Source of the DNA: Trichinella spiralis
Lineage: Eukaryota
Assembly (NCBI RefSeq): GCF_000181795.1
Contig: NW_003526944.1
Coordinates: 1,503,639-1,567,638, forward strand
Reading direction: 5' to 3'
DNA: 64,000 bases
Shown: positions 54,101-64,000 of the stretch, in pieces
Layout of the letters: each line of letters begins with the position of its first letter
How positions within the stretch are numbered: position 1 is the first letter of the stretch
Made by a program: the position numbers and the translations under genes
The notes under the pieces: generated by a model
Database searches by the model: none
What the model was told of the DNA's origin: nothing
What the model saw: only the letters and a program-made list of their open reading frames with translations

Positions 54101-57100
54101 TTTTAGCTCGTTTTTGAAAAAAATACAACTGATATTCCAAAATTGCATTGTAGGCCAAACAATGGAGGACGGGACTGTTTGGGATCATCAATAAGAGGCT
54201 TGCTTTGCCGAGGCACGGCAGATTGTGATCAATTTTCCAAAGCTGACTTCAGTGATCGAATATGTGCAGCAATTCGAAATGATCCTGAAAAGCCAGATCC
54301 AGATCTCAGCGGCAAAGGCTTTCAACGTAAAGATGAAAAAACTTATTGCCAATTTTCAAAAAAGTGTATATATATCATTCTTAACAATCTTTCATCATGT
54401 ACAGATCCATCCAGTCCCTGCAAAGTGTGGTGCCATCTTCGTTCAACTTTACTCATTCGAAGCAAAGGCAAATATCCAGACGGAACCCCATGTGGCGTGA
54501 ACAAATACTGCATGGATGGAAAATGCTTAGTAAATGAATGCTCTTTTTCACTGGAAATTGTTCTTCTTCACATGAAAAGCAGTTTTGGTTTTTTTTTTCC
54601 TTTTCTCAAATTTAGAAACTGATGTGCAATGGTGAAGCAGTAGTGGCAAATCAAAATGACTGCCCAAATTATTCTAATGAAGAAAAGTCCAGTATTGATA
54701 ACTGATTGATGATAATCATAATATTTTCCCCATTGTTATGAATACTTTTTTCAGCTACAGTTATCCCTATAGACGGTGCATGGTCAGCATGGTCATCATG
54801 GAGCAATTGCTCTGCCAGTTGTGGAATAGGTACACAAATAAGAAAGCGGCAGTGTGAAGTAAACAGTTATACGGAAGAATCAATGGACTCGAGGAAATAT
54901 TGTACACAAAAATAATGAATGACTTACCTTTCAGAATGGCAAATGCCTGAACGGTACGTCGATTGAAGAACAAATCTGCAATGGTGTCGATTGCTCATCT
55001 TGGACAAGTTGGAGTGAATGGAGCAAATGCAGTGCTTCTTGTGGTAATGGGGCTCGTCTCCGTTCTCGAACTTGTCGTACTGATCAACCGTGCGATGGAC
55101 CTTCGGTCGATTTTGAAAAATGCACCGGAACCAACTGCTCCAGCTGGTCTGAATGGTCAGCCTGGTCAACTTGTTCGAGAAGTTGTGGCGTTGGCAAGCA
55201 GTCCCGAAATCGTCACTGCAAATATGACTTATCCGCTGAATGTGATGGTCACTCACAAGAACTGAAAACTTGCAATGATCAAGTTAAATTATATATTTCC
55301 TTAATTTTCGAATTAAAATTTACCAATTCAGGACTGTCCCGTTTTACAAGGCAGTTGGAGTGAATGGTCCAAATGCACTGAACAGTGTGCAAATTCCGCA
55401 GGAACCAGAACTAGAAGTCGCGCATGTTCACCAGATCACCACGCCAGTTGCGTTGATTCGAAAGAAACGCAAACTGAACCCTGCTTAGGTAAAGAAGACT
55501 GTCCCACATGGCTTTCTTGGGGTCCGTGGAGCGCTTGTACAGTTTCATGTGGATCAGGAATACAGACACGTCTACGTACATGCCTACGTAATTTAAATTC
55601 GCTTTGAATTAGTAGTGCTGCATCCAAATAGACTTTGTTTTCCATTTTTAAGAGCAAGAAACGGCCCTCGTTCTTCTCGATGGTACTGCATTATCAAACA
55701 GGTAATGCAGATCAATTTGTATCATTAACTGGCTTGTCTAATCTCATGGACATATTATTTCACAATATCAGATGTCCAGGAAGTAATATAGAAAGTCGAT
55801 CATGTTCAACAGAACCATGCGAAGAGAATACACAAAACGAAGATCCTGCTTCTTGGACCGAGTGGACACCCTGTTCGGCAACGTGTGGACTGGGTGTGAA
55901 AATTCGCCGAAGAAATTGCAAGTAAATTTCTGTTGACAATCAATGAAGTTGTCGTTTAAGCAGCTTTCGTAAATTTACTAGTGATCAATCAGAATGTCAC
56001 CACGGTGTACAAAAAATTACATGCGAACTCAAGCCTTGCCAACAGTTGGATGCTGAAATGGAATGGCAACCGTGGAGTCCATGTTCCAGATCTTGCGGCA
56101 CTGGATACCGTCATCGGTTCGTTCATCATCGATAACTTTTTCTTCTGCTGCGCTATAATTAGACTTTCAGAACGCGATCGTGTGAATCTTGCTCCGGAAA
56201 GGAGATGACCCAACAGGAACCATGCAATACATTCAACTGTTCAGTAACTGTAACTTTAACCACTGAGCTGACCAGTCTCGACCAACCTAGTTGGTCTGAA
56301 TGGTCACCTTGGAGTGAGTGCTCGAAAGCTTGCGACGGTGGTCGACAAGTGCGTAGACGTCAGTGCAGCACAACACTGCAACAGTGCAAAGGATTCGCCG
56401 TCGAAGAGACCATTTGCAATGAACAATCGTGTGATCAAAATCAATCACAGCAAGAAGGTAATACTACGACATTTTTGTTCTTTGATCATACATACGAAGC
56501 AGCAATATTTATGCAACGTCGTGATTCAGTCATATCAAAAGCAATGTCCAACAACGCGCAATGGTCCAGCTGGTCAGAATGGAGTGAATGCAGCTGCTAT
56601 AAAAACTTAAAAATTCGCCTACGACACTGCATTGTGAGCGATCCCAAGACGATGGGATTTTGTTTAGGTCCAACTTATGAAAAACTCACTTGTGTACCTG
56701 AAAAATGTAGTAAGTTAAACTGAAGCAGTTTTGTTCAATTTCAAAAATAATTTCAAAACAAAAATGTAAAATTCAAAAAAAAACTGTTATAACGTTTTAA
56801 GGTAGCTTTTCAACGCTTTGAAGTTTACTTTAAAGCTTGAATGTAATTTTATTGAAACGTTTGAAAAGCAAAATTGTCAAAAAAGAAACTGAACAGACAA
56901 CTTACACAAATTTTACAGAACACTTTCGTAGAAGACCATTTGTTTTTTTCAACGCAGATTTGAAAATTCATTTCAAAATTTTCAGAACCAACAGATGGAA
57001 GCTGGACTGAATGGTCGTCTTGGAGCCATTGTTCTCAATCCTGTTCTTCTGGTTCAGATGCTGTTCAGACGCGTTTTCGTGCTTGCGCAAATCCTGTACC

Positions 57101-58091
57101 AAGCAATCAAGGCTTTTATTGTCAAGGATCTGCAACTGACGTGCAACAATGCCCAGATTTGCCACAGTGTTCGAATGGTATTGTAAATGTTGATAGCCAC
57201 ATGTCTGTGATTTTTACATTTTCTTTTTTCATTCTTATTCCAGATCAAACTGAAGGTACATGGACAGATTGGTCAACTTGGACTGATTATTATCAAAGTA
57301 TTGGATGCGAACGCAAGCGAGCACGAACAAGGTGCCAACCAGAAATGGTTTCTTATAGTTCATTCAAACGGTTGAATTAAAAATGATTTTCAGGTACTGT
57401 TCAGGTGGAAAGTGTGTCGGCGAAGATTTTCAACAACAAACCCGCGCAAACTCGTCTTGCTCAGGTTAAACAAAATCATGCTATTTTATAATAAAAATGA
57501 AAAAAAAAACAATATTCTTCGTTTGTTCTTGTTTTTAAGAATCAGCTAAATCCGCTTCTTGGACATCATGGTCAGAATGGTCGAAATGTGCAGGCACTTG
57601 CGACCAGTCGACGCAGACTAGACAACGAAGTTGCAAAGTGAAGGACACCGCCAATGTCCACACCAGTTCACCAAATTCCATTTCTCTCACTGGAGCATGT
57701 ATCGGTGAAGCTTGGGAAACAGCAGTATGCAAGCGGGCATCGTGCGCCAACGGTTCGTTTCTGCTTTTATATTCCATTCAAATGTTCCCTTTTGTGGATG
57801 CATTGGCTTTAAATTTAAGAACCACTCGATGGTCAGTGGTCAACTTGGTCTGAATGGTCGAGTTGTTCGTCGCGCTGTACGGCCGGCTCGCAAAGTCGCA
57901 GACGAAGCTGCGATTCGCCCAGGCCAATGAACGGCGGTACTGACTGCCTTGGTACCGCCAGACAAGTGAAATCTTGCCAGCCCACTGATCACCGCCACTG
58001 CACTGCTTCAGTGCAGCATTCGGAAACGATGGAAGTGGACACGAAAAACTGGGAAAATAGTTTTGAAAGTCAACATTCGACATTACTGTAA
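51155..58091 (+). CDS. ADAMTS-family zinc metalloprotease (ADT-1-like) with prodomain, reprolysin domain, Cys-rich region and ~14 TSP1 repeats
   Basis: Hydrophobic N-terminus, HCHFHG...VALSIC prodomain, LAHEMGH|NMGMLHDG zinc motif, Met-turn [17 protein letters not shown], repeated WSxWSxCSxxCGxG. Confidence 0.93.
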
Positions 58092-58730
58092 AAAAACAAA
58101 AATCAAGTTCTGTAAATTTACAGTTGTACAGTTTATTTTTGATAAAAATGCACAAATGGTGCGACTAAAAAAACAAATAAATAAATAACTGAAAAACACG
58201 AACAACGCACAATGGACAGTGCTAAAAAACGCGCGCATCGTCAAAATCGGTCACTACTTTGAGGAAGAAAACTAAAATCGAACGAACAAAAACTCTCGAG
58301 ACACATTTACGCACTTCAAATGTAGTTTATGGAAAAGAAATCAATATGCTAAGAAGATCAACTCAAAAACTGCATTACAGAATTCAATTCATGAAAAAAT
58401 CAATTCTGAGTATAAAATAAACAAAAAATCAACGTCGCCATGCCATCGCTATCTTCTCCAAAATCACCACCACCAACTGAATCAAACACCTCAAATATGT
58501 TTTGATACAAATTTTTTATATACACTGCCTTTTTACACTATACAGTATACCTGACAGTCATCTAATCAAAACAAAAATATACATATAATCTAACAGGGAG
58601 AAAATGTGTAATTTTTCAGACTGAAAAATACACTCCAAGTTTGTTATCAATTGACGTTGATTGAACGTTCAATGTATTAGTTTTGGCTTCAACAAACATA
58701 CACAATTTGTCCCTAAGATCGAGAAAACAG

Positions 58731-58733
<3 letters not shown>

Positions 58734-58783
<50 letters not shown>
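58734..58783 (+). repeat. (AT)n microsatellite (~25 units)
   Basis: Perfect TA run between the convergent ADAMTS and Na/K-ATPase beta genes. Confidence 0.97.
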
Positions 58784-58786
<3 letters not shown>

Positions 58787-58945
58787 GCCAAAGAACCAAA
58801 AGAGAAGCACGCGACGAATAAGAAAAAAAAGAACAAAGCATGGCCGTGCGACAATCAAATAAAATGACTAAATGAAAAATAAAGAAAAGATAAACTAAAT
58901 TATGCTTTTGCAATTTTTTGGAGAGGGGGGGGGCAGTAGAAGCGG

Positions 58946-61900
58946 TTAGCTATCAATAAGCAGTTCAAAGTGGACCATGCCCAGCCTGTAGCTTCGATCG
59001 TGCATTATGTTATATGCGTAGGCTTTGCATTCCACTTCAATTAATATGCCTTTTGGTGGACCAACAAATTTTACCAAGGCCTGGAATAAAGCCAAAACAA
59101 AGACGTATAAATTTATTTGCTTCATTTTTTCAAAAAAGAAAATATATACAGCAAAAATTAAAAACTTACGAAGGGTTGATGATAATTGGGCATCACACGA
59201 TAAGGAAAAAACTTATGCGGAATGCCAGTTGGAGGAATATACTGCAATGGCCCAATATGTTCTTGATCGACAGGAAACTTGATAAAAAAACATATTGCAG
59301 AACAATATCAATAAAAATTAAAACAGAAAAAAAAATCCTACCTCGCCTTCACACGCAATTGCCACGTCGGGCGTACTGTAATTATAATGATCTTTGATCG
59401 CATCCGGTGCAGAATCCTTCGGATACGCGACCGGTTCCCAGCCAATAAGCTGAAAAATAAAAAACAAATTAAAAACAGAATGAAAATAACAAATTTTCAA
59501 AATTGAAATTACTTTATTCAAAGTCAGTACAATGCAAGGTGTAGCATTTTTAAAACCAAAATCATCCTTCTCACCGCAGCCTTGACTTTCAAAGTGTTCA
59601 ATCAAATCAAATGCACAAGCAATGTGCGTGTTTTCACGATTGCTACTATTACTACCAATACATTGCCGAGTATCGTTCAAATTTTTATATTCTTAATAAT
59701 AATTATTAATTTAAAAAGCAATAAATCGAAAATATATTTCGTCACTTCTTACTTGCATAGAACTGTCGAAGCTGATCTACATACTTTTTGTAAGTCGACG
59801 GTTCACTTCGATTAAAGTAAATCAACGTCGATTCAGGATCATCTCTCAACCATGGCTGATAGCCCATACCTGAAACGCACAGCATGGATCATAGATTTAT
59901 TCAAAAAGAAGAAGAAGAAGAAGAAGAAGAAAATAATCGAAATCTTCTCAATTCAAAGAAGCAAATCTACCGCTTTTATTATAACACTAACACTGAAATC
60001 GAAAAAAAATATTAAAATATTATAACAGTATTTCTAATTGTATCAAAAGTTTTTGATTAATTTAACATTTGAAACAATTTGTAATCAATGAAATTTACAT
60101 TTTTTTTTAAATTTCAGTGACAGCATTGAATGTGTGCTTTCAATTTTCATTACTGTATCCTTTGAAGATCCTTTTGCCAATTCACTTTATCAAAACTGGT
60201 CAAAGAAAACAACGTTGAAACGTCAATATGCTTCGAATAACCAACATGCTTAATGCCTTTGCTATTAATTACTCGTCAAACTGGAATAATCGAAAAATTT
60301 TACCTGAAAATCCTGTCTTTAGTGAAGTACAAAATCCCATATTTTTGTGTTTTTCGACAAGAAAGAATGAATCAAATTGACAAGAGTTACCGAATAATGC
60401 ATATATTAAGAAATGAATAATTAAAAGTAAAAAATAACAATTTTTTGTGCTTATTTCACTAATGTTGATGTCTAATTAACATTAAAGCAGCCGTTGAAAG
60501 CCACCGCCCCGGCGGATTTGCGGCAACGGAGCAATTTCAAAACACGTCACTGGCAGTCACCACTTCCTCTCCAGCCTGAATCGCCCAAGCGTCGTCGTGG
60601 GCGGTCCATCTATACAAGCTTCTTCATCGGCTAGCAAAAACTGCAAAGCCGTCTGTGGTGTGTGTTTGCGCTCATGTCAGAGCCAATCAATACCAATGCT
60701 ACGACATGAAAGTACGTCAGCAGAAACACTACCGGCCATACTTTGCCAATGGCCACATCCGCCACAAACCAAGACAACGCGCATTAATCAAAAATTCTCC
60801 ACACGACAGATTTGGTTCAACAAAAAGCTTTACCCCAGAAAAAAAGCAAAATAATAAAATAACTTGCTTCGAACATGCTGCCCAAAACTGACCACACAGT
60901 ATATATATACATATATATATACATTACTAGTATTCTAACCCACATTTGTTGTGCAGTCAGGTAGACAAACAAGCACAACACATCATATTGAAAATTGGAA
61001 AAAAAATCCAATTTGTTCATCAAAAAATCATGAGATGCTTGCTTATTGGATAATTAAAAATTAAAAATTTAACAAATACAACTTTTTGATATAATAAATG
61101 TAAATTTATATTTGAAAATTATAATTCATAAATTTTCTTCCACTGTCAACGTCAGTCAGTTGCCTAGGGGACCACCCAAACAAGTCAAAGATTAATCAAA
61201 TACTACATGACTCACCTGGATTGATACCGATGATCGAACCTTTGCCATAATATCGAGGCGTTTGGGTATCGGTCAACTTCAAGAAGATGGCCATATTGAT
61301 GGCAAAAAATCCAGCCAAACATGAGTAGAAAATTATGTAGAATGCTGTGATTTCAACTAAAATTCAAAACATAATTTCACAGTGCCGCACAAGGACAAGA
61401 AATAATTATTACAAAATGCGAAGAGATACAAGAATGCACCTAGCAATTTATTTACGTAACCCAAATTCAACAATACTGCATAATTATTATCAAAATGATT
61501 ATATATTTATATATTATTCAGTACAAACAATTCACACCGAATTCATTCGAAGCCAAAATTTCATTTAAAATGCTCAATCCGCCGTAAAAGCAACAACAAT
61601 AACAACAACATGAACAACAGGTGTGAAAGATTCAATGCATGATTGGCAGAACATTGTGTTCAAAGAACAAATGCTCATTATTTATTGAAAACAAAATTAT
61701 TCACAACTTCCATTATTATTATTATTGCAATTTTTACAAAGATTAAACCGAAAAAAATTCTTTTCAAACTCATTTAGATAAAAATTGATTAGCGCATTAA
61801 CAACTGCTTACGAATGCTAAGATGAAATAACAACAAACAAACCACGCAAACCGAATCAACGCTGTCGACTGATAGCTGAGGTCAGAATCGGTACATCCCA

Positions 61901-62309
61901 TCCAATATAAAGCAAATAAAATATAAAATGACAAGCTAAAGCAACTCAGCTGAATCAAACGCAAATACAACTGGTCAGAAAGTGTAAACAAACTTTTCAA
62001 AACATGCATTCAAAGCGACAGCATTCAATAACAAAGCTCTAATAGCAAGTTCGAGTGTTAATGCTAATTCTACATAATAATGTTATGGATTCGTTCAATA
62101 AGTAAAATAATATTTGTAAAGTAAAGCAAGAAAAAAAACTCATATCTGTCGACAATGACAAAAATACACTTACACCAACTGCGGCCAGTTCGTCCAAGAA
62201 AAGTTTTCTCTTCAGCGTTGTAAATGAAATCGATAAGACTTTGAAATTTTCCTTTTTCTTGCTTCTTCGCCTTTCCCGGATGGGAATTGGCGAAATCCTT
62301 GTTGTCCAT
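58946..62309 (-). CDS. Na+/K+-ATPase beta subunit (nkb family)
   Basis: FIYNAEEKTFLGRTGRSW, FYIIFYSCLAGFF transmembrane segment, NPGMGYQP, PCIVLTLNKLIGWEP, FFPY...YHQPF, IEVECKAYAYNI...GMVHFELLID. Confidence 0.95.
59907..59931 (+). repeat. (GAA)n microsatellite, intronic
   Basis: AGAAGAAGAAGAAGAAGAAGAAGA. Confidence 0.9.
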
Positions 62310-63758
62310 GGACCACCGACAAACAACAATGGTCACTTACAAACCAGATATACAGTAAAATTATTAAATACAAATGTGCAGGTACAACTAAAAAAACAAG
62401 CAAGACAATATTGATATGAGCAATCGTTTATAAGTAATGAATAACTAATTCAGAAATTTTATTCCTTAAATTAAAATATTTTCTTAAATGTAATGCAGAG
62501 CATCATATCCAATTCAACCGTATGAACTTTACTTGATTGAAATGCAATATCATTTTATTAAAGTAGTAAAATTGTTTTTTTATTTCAAGAATGTTTCAGA
62601 TAATTATTATTATTTGTTATGTTGTTCTATTTTTAACAAAAAATCAAATAAAATTTAGAAATTAGTAAAATTTGTTCCATTATAAAAATTATACTTAAAT
62701 GAGCTATACTGTAGTTGTTGCCCTTTTTCTCGATGTTTGTTTCAGTTTATTCGTTAGTGAAAATTCAATTTATTGCTATTAAACATTAGATTTCAACGTA
62801 GAGGAATGTATTAAATTCTTTGAAATGTTTAACGCAACTGAATCCACAGAACATTTTTAAAAGAAGAATCTTTCAGATATACTGTATGATGTTTTTTTTG
62901 TATTCGGTTTGTGAATTGTAATAAATATTTTTTGTGGTGTGTGTGAATGAGTAATTTTAAACGGGAAATTTTTAAACGAGTAAAAATTGTCATCGAAATA
63001 TTCTTAATTGATTGAGATGTTCAAGTGTTGGGTGGGCAAGTTGTGAAAAAATGAAAAAAATTATTGTAGTGCATAATACTGTCGCAAGTTGACTGTCAAT
63101 TTTCGTGAAGTATCCGCAAAAATAATTTCACAGCGTGATTGAAACGATATTAAATATTTAATCGCTGAGTTATTTTAAATTTTACGAGGTTGTTTGGCTT
63201 CCGTAACTGTAAAACTAGTTTAATAATTTTCATGGGCCCTGATCAACCTGATTGACAGCATAACGTTTTGTAGAACTGGTCGAAAGCATGCTTCGATTAG
63301 AATGTTACACATTGGAATGTAAAATTAACTGTCCATCAGTTAGTGTTGTTAATTTGATTTTGTTAAGCTGTCGTCTGTCGTGTTTGATTTTATTTAATTT
63401 AAACATGATTTCCGATTATCATTGTTTTTGTTGACTTTTTGTTTTACAACTTTCAGTTGTTTGTTTGTCAATTGGGAATAAATTTCACAAAGAAGAAGAA
63501 AACGTTACGTCACCGGATCAAAATTGTAATCTTTAACCTTAACAATGCTTGTCCACCAGTGAATATTTTCATTCCATGTAAGACGTCCATTTGTTTTGTT
63601 TTTATCATTTTGAAACAATGTCCGAATGACAGAATCTCGTAATTCTTATCTAAACTATGCAGCTGCTGCTTGTGTAAATTTCGAAATTTGATCATTTCTG
63701 AAATCATATAGGCGATATTGTTTTGTTGTAGGAACGTTTACAACAGTCGAGTCGATCG

Positions 63759-63970
63759 ATGAATTACTCCCACGCACGTAAGAGAAAGCGAATTTTTAAT
63801 TATTCGACTTTTCATTTGTTGTCATTACTGTTGTTCATCGGATGTAGATCATTTGGACCATGGAAACGACGATAGTCACGACATGCCGATGATGATGATG
63901 TCGATGTCCTTTCACGGCGGTGTAAATGAAGTGATATTGTTCAGTTTTTGGAAAATCACCACACTCGGAG
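63759..63970 (+). CDS. High-affinity copper transporter CTR1/SLC31 family, 5' part (continues beyond window)
   Basis: Spliced MNYSHAH|HLDHGNDDSHDMPMMMMSMSFHGGVNEVILFSFWKITTLG: His/Met-rich ectodomain and MxFH...ILF..W motif; intron 63778-63847. Confidence 0.9.
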
Positions 63971-64000
63971 GTTGTTGTTCTTGTATATTATACTATACTT

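Noticed and set aside
58616..58913. ORFs with YIYIYI runs
   Set aside because: Translation artefacts of the (AT)n microsatellite.
60296..60312. TTTTCAG|GTAAAA zero-length (recursive) splice site in the nkb intron
   Set aside because: The intron is only ~1.3 kb and such motifs arise by chance in AT-rich DNA.
6693..62309. U12-type (RTATCCTT) minor introns
   Set aside because: None seen at the exon boundaries I traced; those were GT-AG. The check was manual and not exhaustive.

Overview
AT-rich, gene-dense eukaryotic DNA with many short GT-AG introns (TTTCAG-type acceptors) and microsatellite-rich introns. It looks like a nematode, most plausibly a Trichinella-like clade I species (inferred, not verified). 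Bases 1-5.3 kb hold an imperfect ~1-kb tandem repeat array with a 10-N gap; the array carries decayed exon-like modules and a conserved 151-nt element. Eight consecutive minus-strand genes follow; in transcription order they are a MAP4K3/5-like kinase, a degenerate SDR, RALGAPB, DCP2, OTUD5, WAPL, STAMBP/AMSH and XPC. Several are tightly spaced and operon-like. After these come an intact RDH-like SDR (+), RPL19 (-), an ADT-1-like ADAMTS protease with ~14 TSP1 repeats (+), a Na/K-ATPase beta subunit (-) and the 5' end of a CTR1 copper transporter (+). The most notable points are the apparent SDR pseudoenzyme, the unexplained repeat array, candidate operon junctions and the long Q/S/H-rich DCP2 tail. 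I found no clearly established new biological system. Gene spans run from first to last coding base, and exons were traced by eye.
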